Shown: positions 19,820 through 31,192, numbered from the stretch's first letter. The stretch is DNA of 64,000 nucleotides from an uncultured cyanobacterium (GCA_963793425.1 CAWCAG010000005.1:288001-352000); one strand, 5' to 3'. The notes: generated by a model from the letters alone, not told the origin. Numbers and translations are program-made.

Positions 19820-20333
19820 GTGATGATATTTCTTCGGCTCTAAATATCAATAATAGCTTAAAGCTGTATACTACAAAAATTGTAATTTGTCAAAAAAACT
19901 TTTAAAAACGTCTCAAAATTTGTGCATCCAAAACTTTGATTAGTTAGGATTTTGAAGGAAAACATCTGCTTTTACAACGATTTAACTAGCTTGTAGCGAT
20001 GCTGCTTTATTTTTAGACACAAGGGTAACAGTATGAATTTTTGAATTATAGCATCAAACAACGAATTTGCGTTATTTTTAGCGAAATTTAGGGCTTGACA
20101 TTTTTAAAGATGAAGTTGTGTAAATTCAGAATGTTTGATAACAAACTGATTCAAACTCAACTAGAACTTATACTATTAGGTTTTTCCCCGTTGCATTTTT
20201 ATTCCTTGACATGATATTATGTACATGGTGGAAAAGGTGCGTCCTTGAAATCAATTTTCCCAGGAATTTTTACTCTTCAATCGTTCCTAAGCTAAAAAAT
20301 CACAGTAACTTTCCTAAAAAAGCAAAAGCGAGA

Positions 20334-21458
20334 TCAATAAAGCTCGTACTTAAGCAAAGTGCAGGGCAGAGAACCGTTATTAACCGGAATACGTCGGGAA
20401 GCCTTCAAACCAATCTTTTTTCCCAACTCCTTACTACCCGTTAATACATAAGCTGTCCAACCTTTAAAACGCTGCTTAAAAACATCCCCCAGCAACTTGT
20501 ACAAAGCTTCTAACTCTTCCTCTTCCCCTACACGAATACCATAGGGAGGGTTGCAGAGAATAATTCCTTTCTCAGCCGGGGCAGTTAATTCGGCTAACTC
20601 CGTGACAGCAAACTCGATTTGTTCTTGCAGGTTACAATGTCTGGCATTACTACGGGCTTGCTCCAAAATTTCTGAATTGTGATCGCTGCCATAAATAGGG
20701 GCTGGGAGTTGGGGTAGAACAACATTTTCAGCTTCTGTTCTTAACTTCGACCATAAAGAGGCATCAAAATCTAACCAGCTTTGAAACCCAAACCTTTGAC
20801 GATGTAAACCCGGAGCAACATTGAGTCCTTTTAATGCAGCTTCTAAAGTTAGAGTTCCGGAACCACAAAGGGGATCTAAAAAAGGTAAGCTCGGTTCCCA
20901 CTCCGACATAATTAATAAAGCAGCAGCGAGAGTTTCTTTCAAGGGGGCTAAACCCATAGCAGAACGGTAGCCTCGACGATGCAAACTTTCTCCGGTACTA
21001 TCTAAACTTAAGATGCCTCGATTTTTATGGATATGAATGTTGAGTTGTAAATCCGGTGCGTTAAGTTCTACCGTAGAACGTTCTCCTGTTTCTTCCCTTT
21101 GTAAATCAACAATGGCATTTTTCACCTGAAGAGCAGTAAAGTGGCTGTGGTTAAGCTGGCGATTTTTCCCGGTACAAGCCACAGCTAGAGTATTATCAGG
21201 TTCAAGATAGTCTGACCAAGGAACTTTTTGTACCTCTTCATAAAGCATTTCTGCATCACGACAAGGAAACTCTCTAATGGGAACGAGAACACGAAAAATT
21301 GTTCTTGCCCAAAGATTAACTCGGTAAAGCAATGTGCGATCGCCACTAAAATGTACTCCGGTGAAGTCAGGACAAATGTCCTCAGCACCCAACTCTGCTA
21401 GCTCTTGAGCAGCAATTGATTCTAAACCGCGAGCAACTGTAGCGAAGTATTGTGTCAT
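20334..21458 (-). CDS. THUMP-domain RNA methyltransferase (RlmL-like)
   Basis: SLHRRGYR, APLKETLAA, DPLCGSGT, NPPYG. Confidence 0.9.
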   Translation of the reverse strand: MTQYFATVARGLESIAAQELAELGAEDICPDFTGVHFSGDRTLLYRVNLWARTIFRVLVPIREFPCRDAEMLYEEVQKVPWSDYLEPDNTLAVACTGKNRQLNHSHFTALQVKNAIVDLQREETGERSTVELNAPDLQLNIHIHKNRGILSLDSTGESLHRRGYRSAMGLAPLKETLAAALLIMSEWEPSLPFLDPLCGSGTLTLEAALKGLNVAPGLHRQRFGFQSWLDFDASLWSKLRTEAENVVLPQLPAPIYGSDHNSEILEQARSNARHCNLQEQIEFAVTELAELTAPAEKGIILCNPPYGIRVGEEEELEALYKLLGDVFKQRFKGWTAYVLTGSKELGKKIGLKASRRIPVNNGSLPCTLLKYELY

Positions 21459-21549
21459 TGTTAAGGAAGAGAGTGGGGAGTAGGGAGCAAGTTAAGAGTA
21501 CAATCAGATGGCTTTACAATAGACTAGTTTGAGCAATTTTTTAAAGGCA

Positions 21550-22725
21550 ATGGGCAAAACTCGACAATTACCAAAGAAATTTCTCCTTTTAGGCTCAGGG
21601 GAATTAGGCAAAGAATTTGTGATTGCTGCTCAGCGTTTAGGCAACTTTGTGATTGCCGTAGATAGTTACCCCAACGCACCGGCAATGCAGGTTGCTGATG
21701 GTTGGGAAGTGATTTCTATGCTGGATGGCAACGAGTTAGCCAGAATTGTTGCGAATCATCAACCGGATTTTATTGTCCCAGAAATTGAAGCCATTCGTAC
21801 AGAAAAATTACTGGAACTAGAACAACAAGGTTTCACGGTTATTCCCACTGCTGCAGCTACTAATTACACCATGAACCGCGATCGCATTCGTGAGTTGGCT
21901 AGTCAAGAGTTAGGGATTAGAACAGCAAACTATGGTTATGCAACTAGCTTAGAAGAGTTGCTAACTATTTGTGAAAAAACTGGCTTTCCTAATGTGATTA
22001 AACCTGTCATGTCCTCTTCAGGTAAAGGGCAATCAATCATTAACTCAGTCGATGAAGTAGAAACTGCTTGGAAAAATGCCTTAGAAGGAGCAAGAGGGGA
22101 AGGTAGGAAAGTTATTGTTGAAGAGTTTATTGATTTTGATGTTGAAATCACTTTATTAACCGTTAAGCAGTGGCAAAACCCAACAATTTTCTGTCCCCCT
22201 ATTGGTCATCGTCAAGAAAGAGGAGATTATCAAGAATCTTGGCAACCAGCAAACATTAAACCAGAAATACTAGCTCAAGCTCAGGCGATCGCCACTAAGG
22301 TAACAGATGCTTTAGGAGGTGCAGGAATCTTTGGTGTCGAGTTTTTTATCACTAAAGATGAAGCCATCTTTTCTGAACTTTCTCCTCGCCCTCACGATAC
22401 GGGTATGGTAACTTTAATCTCTCAAAATCTTAATGAATTTGAATTACATTTGCGTGCTATCTTGGGCTTGCCAATTCCTCAAATAAATTGTCTATCGAGT
22501 TCTGCTAGCGCTGTTGTTTTAGCGGAAAAGTATGGTGAGAAAATCAGTTTCCATGGAATAGCAGAAGCTTTGGCAGAAGCTGGTACAGATTTACGTTTAT
22601 TTGGCAAACCCCAATCGCGTCCTTTCCGCCGTTTAGGAGTTGCTTTAGCTAAAGGTAATAGCGTAAAAGAAGCAAGACAAAAAGCCAGAGCAGCAGCCAG
22701 TAAAATACAAATCAACTATCAATAA
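21550..22725 (+). CDS. purT: Formate-dependent phosphoribosylglycinamide formyltransferase
   Basis: LLGSGELGKE, KPVMSSSGKGQS, SPRPHDTG. Confidence 0.96.
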   Translation: MGKTRQLPKKFLLLGSGELGKEFVIAAQRLGNFVIAVDSYPNAPAMQVADGWEVISMLDGNELARIVANHQPDFIVPEIEAIRTEKLLELEQQGFTVIPTAAATNYTMNRDRIRELASQELGIRTANYGYATSLEELLTICEKTGFPNVIKPVMSSSGKGQSIINSVDEVETAWKNALEGARGEGRKVIVEEFIDFDVEITLLTVKQWQNPTIFCPPIGHRQERGDYQESWQPANIKPEILAQAQAIATKVTDALGGAGIFGVEFFITKDEAIFSELSPRPHDTGMVTLISQNLNEFELHLRAILGLPIPQINCLSSSASAVVLAEKYGEKISFHGIAEALAEAGTDLRLFGKPQSRPFRRLGVALAKGNSVKEARQKARAAASKIQINYQ

Positions 22726-22937
22726 ATAAGCTTTCCTTCCTTGAGTATTTATCATTGAACATCGTTAACAATTAGCAATGGCTCCTCATAGGCTTATATA
22801 GTATTTTGGTTCGGGATCACACCACAATTAACAATTAAAAATATTTGGTCATATTTCGTTAAATATTGCCAACAAAATCAGCAATAATCCTAAGATTAAG
22901 AAAGCGCTTCTAAAAATTAATTTGCTAAGAGCTTATC

Positions 22938-23789
22938 ATGATCAAGAAAATTTTATTTGCCTATTCTGGAACAGAAAATTCAGAACAGATGTTGAAATAC
23001 CTGCGAGAAATTCCTGCCATCAAGAATGCCTCTATTAATATTCTCCATGTTGTTCCTTCTCAAGTTACTACAGACACCATGGCAAAGAAATTAGAAGAGG
23101 GAGGAAAAATTCTTGCAGAAGTTATCCAATCCCTAGATATAGAACCCGATCGAGTTTCTAGTATGCTTCGTCAAGGAGAACCTAAAGATACCGTATGTAA
23201 AGTCGCTCAAGAAATTGATGCTGATTTAATTATTATGGGTTCGCGGGGTCTACAACGTTTAGAATCATTTCTAGAAAACTCTGTTAGTCAGTATGTATTT
23301 CAACTAACAGATCGTCCTATGCTTTTGGTTAAAGACGATATATATGTCAAAAAAATCAAGAATGTTATGGTAGCCTTAGATCGCTCTAAAGCATCCCAAT
23401 CTAGCTTAGATTTAGCTCTTTATTTGCTCAGAGATTATCCAGGAGCTAAACTACTTTTATTCCGGGTTAACCCCGATTTAAGCCCTAAATTGCTACCTCT
23501 TTCTCAAAGTGAGATGGAACAAAACCCGGTTGTAGCTGAGGCAATTACTAAAGTTAAGCGTATGGGAGTTAAATATAGCTGCCTGGTGACAGGAGGAAGA
23601 CCTAGTAAGGAAATTTGTCAAGCGATAGAAGACAATAATGTCGATTTATTAGTTATGGGTTCTCCAGAGCGCCGACCTTCTATTGCTAAAGCACTTCCGG
23701 ATCTAGATCGCTTATTAGGAACCTCTTTATCTGATTACGTTAGGGTCAACGCGACTTGCCCTGTGCTTTTAACCAGGACAACAACATAG
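22938..23789 (+). CDS. Tandem-domain universal stress protein
   Basis: Two USP domains (DLIIMGSRG; DLLVMGS). Confidence 0.9.
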   Translation: MIKKILFAYSGTENSEQMLKYLREIPAIKNASINILHVVPSQVTTDTMAKKLEEGGKILAEVIQSLDIEPDRVSSMLRQGEPKDTVCKVAQEIDADLIIMGSRGLQRLESFLENSVSQYVFQLTDRPMLLVKDDIYVKKIKNVMVALDRSKASQSSLDLALYLLRDYPGAKLLLFRVNPDLSPKLLPLSQSEMEQNPVVAEAITKVKRMGVKYSCLVTGGRPSKEICQAIEDNNVDLLVMGSPERRPSIAKALPDLDRLLGTSLSDYVRVNATCPVLLTRTTT

Positions 23790-23807
23790 TAAGAATCTCG
23801 ACAATAA

Positions 23808-23835
23808 GAAGAGACGTTGATATCAACGTCTCTTT
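23808..23835. terminator. Bidirectional hairpin between convergent genes
   Basis: AAGAGACGTTGATATCAACGTCTCTT palindrome. Confidence 0.7.
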
Positions 23836-23853
23836 AAAAAAATCCTAATCTTC

Positions 23854-23961
23854 TTAGCCTTCGCCACGACTTGCTGTTTGAATGTACAGAATTAGTAAAA
23901 AAACTGTAGGAACTAGCACAAATAGGATCGTTGCAACAAATCCCAGATCGTTTACTTGCAT
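23854..23961 (-). CDS. psbM: Photosystem II reaction centre protein M (not in the ORF track)
   Basis: [35 protein letters not shown]. Confidence 0.95.
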   Translation of the reverse strand: MQVNDLGFVATILFVLVPTVFLLILYIQTASRGEG

Positions 23962-24042
23962 ATAATTAGCGCCTCTAAAAATTATTTAAACCAACTACCC
24001 TTAGAATATCATCGACTTGAAGTAGAAGGAATAAGCAAAATT

Positions 24043-24339
24043 TTAGGGCTTGGTTTTGACACTCACTGGGCCATTAACCAAAGTTTGGCAAGCTAAACGG
24101 TAGTTATCAGGTCTTTTGTGAAGCTTACGTTTTTCAAAATCTGTCTTTTCAGAAAGATTTTCTATTCCCTCAACCACTTCAACCAAACAAGTGCCGCACT
24201 GTCCATATCCCCCGCAGTTGATTAACTTTCCCTTTAAGGTATAAAGATCAATATCATTTTGTAAAGCTTTTTCTCTTAGGTTAGCCCCATCAGCAGCTAT
24301 TATTTCCTTATCTTCTTTAACAAATGTGATATTAGCCAT
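24043..24339 (-). CDS. 2Fe-2S ferredoxin-like protein
   Basis: [11 protein letters not shown] and RLACQ. Confidence 0.9.
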   Translation of the reverse strand: MANITFVKEDKEIIAADGANLREKALQNDIDLYTLKGKLINCGGYGQCGTCLVEVVEGIENLSEKTDFEKRKLHKRPDNYRLACQTLVNGPVSVKTKP

Positions 24340-24430
24340 CAGCCCTCTTTTTCTTTTAACGATATTCTTATTCTATAAAATGTTAAGAAAATATAAGAGC
24401 AAGAATTTCCCAGTCTCCCAGTCCTCACCC

Positions 24431-26080
24431 CTATGGCAAGTCAAACAACTTACCATCAGGCAAATTAGTCACCGCTCTTTGCAGAGAAGATAGCGCTCTG
24501 TTGTAATCAATAAAAGCCCTCAGCAAATTATTTCTCGCACGGGTCAATTCACTTTGAGCAGAGATTTCATCACTTTTAATACCTACACCTTCTTGTAAAC
24601 GTAAACGGGCTAACCTCAATCTTTCCTCGGCGGCTCTGACAGCGACTCCAGCCGTAGAAATATTGTTTTTGTTTGCTAAAAGATTGTAATAGCCTCGTTC
24701 CACTTCCAAACGAATTTGGTTACGTTGGTTGTCGAAGCGATTTTCTGAAATCTCAATATTCTTTTGCTCTTGTTCTGCCCTCGCATTAGCTGCCCCACCA
24801 TCAAAAAGAGTCCATCTTAACCTAGCCCCAATGGTTAAACCGTCTGCTGGCCCCAAGTTATCATCCAAAACCCCCAAAATATTGTAATTAGCAAACAAAC
24901 TAGCTTGGGGACGAATACCAGACAAAGCAATACGTCTTTGTTGGTCGCTAATATTCCTTCTAATTAATTCTTGCTCTAATTCAGCCCGATTTTTCAAGGC
25001 GAGGACAATACTATCTTCTAAGGATAAATCCCACTCTCCCGCAGTTGTGATCGGATCACCAGCACTGACACCGACTTTCTGCCCCAAGCCCAAAACCAGG
25101 GAGATCGATCTTTGAGCAATATTTTGTTGTGATCTTGCCAAGGTAAGATTTTGTTTTGCCTCTGCTAGTTGAGTTTCGTCTTGCAAAACTTCAAACCTTG
25201 TCCCTAAACCAAATCTTTCCCGCAGTGCAGTATTTCTCAAACTAGCTTGAGCTTGCTCAACCGCAGCTACGGCAATGGTGACTTGAGCATCTGCTTCTTG
25301 CAAATCATAATAAGCTTCTGTCGCCTCAAAGCGGATCTGTTCTGCGGTACGTTCTAAATCCAGTTGGTTGAGACGCAACTGTTCTTCTGCGGCTTTAATT
25401 TGGGCCGATCTTCTTCCGGAGGTGAAAAGGTCGTAGTTAACTTCCAGGCGACCATCAAAAACAGTACTTACGGTATCATCATCTCCAGTAAACATACCGA
25501 ACAAAGGCGATCGCCGCAAAGACAATTCGCTATTAGCAGAGTCAGAACGAGTAAAATCTAATTGAGTACTAATGGTGGGGTACTCTGAAGCTAGAGTCTC
25601 TCGCACTCCCTCACGGGAACTTTCTACCCTTAATATTGCTTCTTCTAAATCTCGATTATTGTCCCTAGCTAGTTCAATAGCCTGCTCTAGAGAAATAGGC
25701 TGAATATTTTCTACCCTAACCTCATCAGCTTCAGTAGGAAACAACAGAGGATTAGCGCTGGGGTTAAGGAGTTCAAGAAAATCAAGTGTAGGAAGTTCAC
25801 TAGAAGCCGAAGAGTTAACTGGAATTTGCAAGAAAGGATTGATATAATCATCCTTGCCTTGTAAAGACTCCTGAAAAGGAGCCATAGGAAGCTCCGGTTT
25901 GCTCATGGAGAAATTACTATCTGGGGGGATAATTTCTTCTGGTTGAGGAAGGGTAGGAACATTCCGGACGGTTTGCTGACCTTCAGAAGAAAGAGATTCT
26001 TGAGAGGTTGCTTCAAGAGAACCGCCTAGAGTGATAATTGCTCCTATACTGACCGCGATAAGATGACGATAAACTAACAT
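24431..26080 (-). CDS. TolC-family outer-membrane efflux protein
   Basis: ISLEQAIELA, two OEP repeats, cyanobacterial N-terminal extension. Confidence 0.9.
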   Translation of the reverse strand: MLVYRHLIAVSIGAIITLGGSLEATSQESLSSEGQQTVRNVPTLPQPEEIIPPDSNFSMSKPELPMAPFQESLQGKDDYINPFLQIPVNSSASSELPTLDFLELLNPSANPLLFPTEADEVRVENIQPISLEQAIELARDNNRDLEEAILRVESSREGVRETLASEYPTISTQLDFTRSDSANSELSLRRSPLFGMFTGDDDTVSTVFDGRLEVNYDLFTSGRRSAQIKAAEEQLRLNQLDLERTAEQIRFEATEAYYDLQEADAQVTIAVAAVEQAQASLRNTALRERFGLGTRFEVLQDETQLAEAKQNLTLARSQQNIAQRSISLVLGLGQKVGVSAGDPITTAGEWDLSLEDSIVLALKNRAELEQELIRRNISDQQRRIALSGIRPQASLFANYNILGVLDDNLGPADGLTIGARLRWTLFDGGAANARAEQEQKNIEISENRFDNQRNQIRLEVERGYYNLLANKNNISTAGVAVRAAEERLRLARLRLQEGVGIKSDEISAQSELTRARNNLLRAFIDYNRALSSLQRAVTNLPDGKLFDLP

Positions 26081-26280
26081 CGAGATTATTAATTTTTAGT
26101 TCTGAAGTTTATGGTCTAGGGATGTTTGAAACCGGAGATATTAACCTGTCCGACAGCATCGACTCTTTAGAGCGACACAATTACCAAAGTAACTCATAGA
26201 AGCTAAATTGAGGGAAGAGATTTTTCTGAACTAGGAAAGCCAGGAAAAAAGTTCTATGTCCACAACAAAAACAAATTAAT

Positions 26281-26730
26281 ATGGTACTACCATCGGGGTA
26301 CGTGCTGCGCCGAGCGACAGAACGAGATATTTGGTCAATTAGAAAGTTGGTTTTTGGAGCTAAACTTGACCCGACTCAGCTAAAGTGGCAACAATTTTGG
26401 GTTATTGCCTCTCCCCAAGAGATTATAGCTTGTGGACAGTTACGCAGTTTCACAGGGGCGCAAGAATTAGGTAGTTTGGTTGTGAAACCAAAGTGGCGCG
26501 ATCGCGGTTTAGGAAGTTATTTAGCTCAACATTTGGTGAAACAAGCAACCCAGCCTCTTTACATCGAGTGTTTGGGTAAAAAACTGCCTCAATTCTATGC
26601 TCCTTTGGGTTTTATACCTGTTTCTTGGCAAGATTTACCTAAATCACTAAAAATTAAGTTTGCTTTGCCTATGTTAGCCAAAAACATCTTCTCTTTACCT
26701 GTAGAAATTATGCGCTATGAAGGTGTTTAA
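26281..26730 (+). CDS. GNAT-family N-acetyltransferase
   Basis: ELGSLVVKPKWRDRGLGS, FYAPLGF. Confidence 0.85.
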   Translation: MVLPSGYVLRRATERDIWSIRKLVFGAKLDPTQLKWQQFWVIASPQEIIACGQLRSFTGAQELGSLVVKPKWRDRGLGSYLAQHLVKQATQPLYIECLGKKLPQFYAPLGFIPVSWQDLPKSLKIKFALPMLAKNIFSLPVEIMRYEGV

Positions 26731-26791
26731 ACTTTTTGTGGTTAAAATGCTTCCAGTTGTGATTTTAAAGGCTATCTAACACTAAAAAAAT

Positions 26792-27112
26792 ATGGATCTG
26801 CGCTTATTTCGCAAACTACACAGCAAAATGGCTCCCATTGTACTAATTCCGTTCTTCGTCACCGCAGCCACAGGAGTAACTTACCGTATTGGTAAAAGTT
26901 GGTTTGGTTGGTCAAGGGATCAAGCCCATATTTTTATGGTGATTCATGAAGGAGAGTATTTGGGCAAGTTTCTAGAGCCAATTTATGTACTGGTTAATGG
27001 CTTAGCTTTGCTATGGATGCTAATTACAGGTTCAGCAATGCTATACCAAAGTATCAGTAAAAGTCCTTGTTTCAAAAGGCTTGCTAAGCAAGATTCAGCA
27101 GAAGATAACTGA
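26792..27112 (+). CDS. Small PepSY-TM-like membrane protein
   Basis: FRKLH.., IHEGEYLG, two hydrophobic helices. Confidence 0.7.
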   Translation: MDLRLFRKLHSKMAPIVLIPFFVTAATGVTYRIGKSWFGWSRDQAHIFMVIHEGEYLGKFLEPIYVLVNGLALLWMLITGSAMLYQSISKSPCFKRLAKQDSAEDN

Positions 27113-27147
27113 TGCTGTTAGGCATCATTGAAAAGAGGGTAATTGCG

Positions 27148-28059
27148 ATGAAAAATAAAGTGAAAATTGCTGTAGTCGGAGACGTACATGACCTCTGGGA
27201 AGATGAAGATGAAATTACCCTGCACCACTTAGGAGTAGATTTAGTACTATTTGTGGGGGATTTTGGCAATGAATCTGTAGATGTAGTAGCAAAAGTTGCC
27301 TCAGTCAAAATCCCCAAAGCAGTGGTATTAGGCAATCATGATGTCTGGTACATGGCTAATCCTTGGCGAAGAACACCTCCTTATGATCTGCAAAAAGAGG
27401 ATCGTCTTCAACAACAACTAGATTTGTTAGGAGAAAGTCATGTTGGTTATGGCAAGTTGGATTTTCCTCAATTTAACCTCTCAGTAGTTGGAGGTCGTCC
27501 TTTTAGTTGGGGAGGATCTCAGTTAAGGATAGATAAAATTTATCGCGATCGCTGGGGAATCAATAACTTAGAAGAATCAACTACTTCAATAGTTGCTGCT
27601 GCGAAAGAAACAGCTTACGAAACAATCATTTTTCTTAGTCATTCAGGACCAGCAGGCTTAGGAGATAAACCAGAAGATATTTGTGGCCGAGATTGGCAAA
27701 GAGAAGGGGGAGACTTTGGTGATCCTGATTTAACCTCAGCCATTGAACAAATGCGAACTTTAGGAAAAACTATTCCTCTAGTAACTTTTGGCCATATGCA
27801 CCATAATCTACGCCATACTAAAAAAAGATTGCGTACCATAATTAAAACTTCTCCCCAAGGAACAGTTTATTTTAATGCTGCTAGGGTTCCTCGTATCAAA
27901 GAGGTGAAAGGAAAACGGTTACGGAATTTTTCTTTAGTTTCTCTCCATAGTGGAGTTGTAGAGGAAATATCCCTTGTTTGGCTAGGAGCTGAATTTGAAG
28001 TTGCCTCCCAAGAGACTTTTTATAATTCCTCAGACCCTGCGGTAAAGTCCTTACCTTGA
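27148..28059 (+). CDS. Metallophosphoesterase (TIGR04168-like)
   Basis: GDVH, GDFGNE, GNHD, FGHMH motifs. Confidence 0.85.
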   Translation: MKNKVKIAVVGDVHDLWEDEDEITLHHLGVDLVLFVGDFGNESVDVVAKVASVKIPKAVVLGNHDVWYMANPWRRTPPYDLQKEDRLQQQLDLLGESHVGYGKLDFPQFNLSVVGGRPFSWGGSQLRIDKIYRDRWGINNLEESTTSIVAAAKETAYETIIFLSHSGPAGLGDKPEDICGRDWQREGGDFGDPDLTSAIEQMRTLGKTIPLVTFGHMHHNLRHTKKRLRTIIKTSPQGTVYFNAARVPRIKEVKGKRLRNFSLVSLHSGVVEEISLVWLGAEFEVASQETFYNSSDPAVKSLP

Positions 28060-28080
28060 TACAATAAAAAAAGCTTGTCT

Positions 28081-28165
28081 GGAGAGGTGGCAGAGTGGTC
28101 GATCGCGTCCGACTTGAAATCGGATGAGCCGAAAGGCTCCGGGAGTTCGAATCTCCCCCTCTCCG
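28081..28165 (+). tRNA. tRNA-Ser(TGA)
   Basis: GGAGAGG acceptor stem, CT-TGA-AA anticodon loop, long variable arm, GTTCGAATC. Confidence 0.95.
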
Positions 28166-28171
28166 TATTGT

Positions 28172-28204
28172 TAAGTAATAAGTAATAAGTAATAAGTAAT
28201 AAGT
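28172..28204. repeat. STRR heptamer (AGTAATA)n
   Basis: Directly visible. Confidence 0.8.
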
Positions 28205-28222
28205 GGATTAGACACAAATTAT

Positions 28223-28951
28223 ATGCCCTGGCAACGTCCCGATAATCGTCAACCAGATCAGTTACGTCCCCATAGTTTTGAATTAGACTATACTCGCTTT
28301 GCTACTGCTTCTGTCCTTGCTTGTTGCGGTGATACGAAGGTGCTTTGTACAGCTAGCGTCTCTCCTGGTGTCCCCAGATTCCTTAAGAATACGGGAACTG
28401 GCTGGCTAACAGCGGAATATCGGATGTTACCGGGGGCAACTCCACAACGCCATTCTAGAGAATTACTCAAACTGTCTGGACGTACCCAAGAAATTCAACG
28501 CCTAATTGGGCGTAGCTTACGGGCTTGTTTAGATTTAAAAGCTTTAGGGGAATATACAATCACCGTTGATACAGATGTGCTTCAAGCTGATGCTGGTACA
28601 AGAACAACTTCCATTACCGGAGGATATGTTGCAGTAGCTGATTCTATTAACAAGTTGCTAAAAAAAGGAGATTTAGAAAAGTCCCCTCTACGTCATCCGG
28701 TAGCAGCAATTTCTGTGGGCATTATTGAAGGGGAAGCTTTTTTAGATTTAAACTACCCAGAAGATGTAGCCGCAGAAGTTGATTTTAATGTGGTGATGAA
28801 TGGCGCAATGGGTATTATTGAAGTACAAGGAACCGCAGAGGAAAAAAGTTACAGCCGCACTCAACTTAACCAAATTATGGATTTGGCAGAGAAAGGTATC
28901 AAGGAATTATTAGAAGCACAACAGAAAGTCTTGAAAATTACTCCTCCTTAA
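28223..28951 (+). CDS. rph: Ribonuclease PH
   Basis: [35 protein letters not shown]. Confidence 0.96.
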   Translation: MPWQRPDNRQPDQLRPHSFELDYTRFATASVLACCGDTKVLCTASVSPGVPRFLKNTGTGWLTAEYRMLPGATPQRHSRELLKLSGRTQEIQRLIGRSLRACLDLKALGEYTITVDTDVLQADAGTRTTSITGGYVAVADSINKLLKKGDLEKSPLRHPVAAISVGIIEGEAFLDLNYPEDVAAEVDFNVVMNGAMGIIEVQGTAEEKSYSRTQLNQIMDLAEKGIKELLEAQQKVLKITPP

Positions 28952-30152
28952 TTGCTTTAGCAATCGCATTTAACTGTAATCCTTGAGGATAAGTTCCTTC
29001 GGTTTTAATTCGTTTGATTTCTTCTTCAGGAATAAGTAAATTTTGCTTTTTCCCTAAAGCACGAACTACATCAGCACGATCAATAATTCCTGCTACAGCC
29101 CCAGCAGGAGAAAGTACAGTGATACTGCTTAGTTGCTGTTCTTCGAGTTTATTAATTACTTCTACTAAAGAACTTTTCTCTTCTACTGACGGTATTTCTG
29201 TTAGGGGCTGGGCAATATCCAATAAAGTTAAGTAATCCCATTGGCTACGCTCTTTAGCTTGTAAATCAATTAAATCAATTAAACCTCGATAACGTCCATC
29301 AGAAGAAGCGTAATAGGGTTTGGGAGTTTGGCTGTTAGCGAGAACAAATTCTTCTGCAAAATCCCGGAGAGTTAATTTAGCATCAATTACCCGGAAATCG
29401 CGAGTCATCGCATCAGCCGCCACAATTTCTAGTAAAGCTTTTTGGAGGGCGCTCGCCTGATCATAAGCAGCAGCATTACGCAGGATGAACCAACCGATTA
29501 AAGTTAGCCAAATAGCCCCAACTTCTGCTGTTACCAGAACTAAAAATAGTCCCAAGATAATTCCAAACCAACCAAGTATCTTGCCCGTTGCAGCCGCCCA
29601 GCGTACTCCTTTGCTACGACTGCCTGTAACTTGCCAAACTGCTGCTTTAAGGACTTGCCCTCCATCTAAAGGTAAGCCAGGAATAAGGTTAAACAAAGCT
29701 AAAACTAGATTAATTCTACCTAAATCTGAGGTGATGAATTGAGGCAGACTATCTTCTGCGGCTACTTGACTTAAGCCTAAGAAAAGGGCAAATAAAAGAA
29801 TGCTAACGACTGGCCCTGCGATCGCAACTTGAAAGGCTTCACGGGGATTTTTTGATTCTTTGGCAATGGAAGCTACACCCCCAAAAAGAAATAGAGTGAT
29901 GGAGTTGACCTCAATTCCTTGGTTTTTAGCTACTAAACTATGACCTAACTCGTGTAATAAAACAGAAACAAACAACAACAAAGCCATGACAAAACCAGCA
30001 ACCCAGCCTAAAACTGGTTGCCCTTCCACGACATTGCTAGCATTTATATCACTAGCATTAATCACAGTAAGGAAAACTAAAATTAGTAACCAAGAAGAAT
30101 CAATATAAAAAGGGATGCCAAATAGTGAACCAATACGCCAGTTTGATTGCAT
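28938..30152 (-). CDS. Site-2 protease (M50) with CBS domains
   Basis: [20 protein letters not shown]-terminus; family-like start MQSNWRIG at 30152. Confidence 0.92.
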   Translation of the reverse strand: MQSNWRIGSLFGIPFYIDSSWLLILVFLTVINASDINASNVVEGQPVLGWVAGFVMALLLFVSVLLHELGHSLVAKNQGIEVNSITLFLFGGVASIAKESKNPREAFQVAIAGPVVSILLFALFLGLSQVAAEDSLPQFITSDLGRINLVLALFNLIPGLPLDGGQVLKAAVWQVTGSRSKGVRWAAATGKILGWFGIILGLFLVLVTAEVGAIWLTLIGWFILRNAAAYDQASALQKALLEIVAADAMTRDFRVIDAKLTLRDFAEEFVLANSQTPKPYYASSDGRYRGLIDLIDLQAKERSQWDYLTLLDIAQPLTEIPSVEEKSSLVEVINKLEEQQLSSITVLSPAGAVAGIIDRADVVRALGKKQNLLIPEEEIKRIKTEGTYPQGLQLNAIAKAIKEE

Positions 30153-30329
30153 AAAATTATCCCCATAAGATGAAATTAGATAAATGCTTTCTTTCCTAGA
30201 TAAAGGCATTTCAGCACTTCGATTCAGTCCTGCTGACTCCGCCTCTAATCCCTCGTATTCTGAGAAGATTGCTTCGGCTATGGGGCTTCGCAATCGATTG
30301 TGGCTACAAATAAATAAAAGTTTTTTCAC
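30153..30329 (-). pseudogene. LMW-PTP-like N-terminal fragment, in frame with the S2P gene
   Basis: MKKLLFICSHNRLRSPIAE..ESAG P-loop CX5R. Confidence 0.6.
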
Positions 30330-30382
30330 AATTTAAAAATTCATACCAACGCTAACTGCTGTAGTTAGCGTTGGCACTACTA

Positions 30383-31192
30383 TTACGACATTTGGAAAAT
30401 AAAAGTTACTTTATCTCCTTTTCCTAAAGCGATGCGATCTCCAGGACGGAGACGGTGACGATTTCCTGAAGATAAAGGAGTATGGTTGACATAAGTACCA
30501 TTAGCACTACCAACATCTTCAAGGAAATAAGTATCTCCTTCTACTCTGATATCAGCATGAATCCGCGAGACAATACTTGAATCAGGAAAACCTGATACAT
30601 CAATATCGGGAGGGATTTTGTCATTAGGTTTACCAAGATGAATGACATCTAAGTTTTGCGGTAATTCAATTTGGGTATCGGTTTGTATATGGAACAGGCT
30701 AGCTGTTTCTACTTGAAGTTGAGTAGAAGAGTTACCAGGTAACGGTGAAACTGGAGGGAGTGTTGAGGGATCAGGAGGAGGAATGACAGGAGTTGGGGGC
30801 ATACTTACTGGTGGAGTACTGGCTTCGACCTCAACTTCAACTTCAACTTCAACTTCAGTTTCTTCTTGGCTTTCACTAGAAGCAACTACTGGAGTTGAAA
30901 TTGGTTCGCTTTCACCAGAAGTGACTGCTGGGGTTGAAACAGGTTCGCTTTCACCAGAAGCAGCAGGACTGCCTGTACTAACCACCGTAGCTGGTAGAGG
31001 ATCGGGAATATCTCCTCCAGTAGCAGCCGTTGGTTCTAAACTTTGACCACATTGACCGCAAAAAGTGGCATCTGTTTGCACTGTTGCGCCACAATTAGGG
31101 CAGCTAGTAGTTTGGGGCAAAGGAGTATAACAAGCTTCACATTGAGTTGCTCCTTCTGGATTTTGATGATCGCAATTGGGACAGGTAATCAT
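30383..31192 (-). CDS. Double zinc-ribbon plus FHA domain protein
   Basis: Four CxxC pairs, P/S/E-rich linker, VSRIHA..DVGSANGTYVN. Confidence 0.9.
   Translation of the reverse strand: MITCPNCDHQNPEGATQCEACYTPLPQTTSCPNCGATVQTDATFCGQCGQSLEPTAATGGDIPDPLPATVVSTGSPAASGESEPVSTPAVTSGESEPISTPVVASSESQEETEVEVEVEVEVEASTPPVSMPPTPVIPPPDPSTLPPVSPLPGNSSTQLQVETASLFHIQTDTQIELPQNLDVIHLGKPNDKIPPDIDVSGFPDSSIVSRIHADIRVEGDTYFLEDVGSANGTYVNHTPLSSGNRHRLRPGDRIALGKGDKVTFIFQMS

Noticed and set aside
19860..20330. AT-rich stretch resembling a CRISPR leader
   Set aside because: No direct repeats adjacent on either side
28081..28204. tRNA-Ser genes as island integration sites (also 52404-52490)
   Set aside because: No integrase and no duplicated tRNA 3' end; neighbours are core genes
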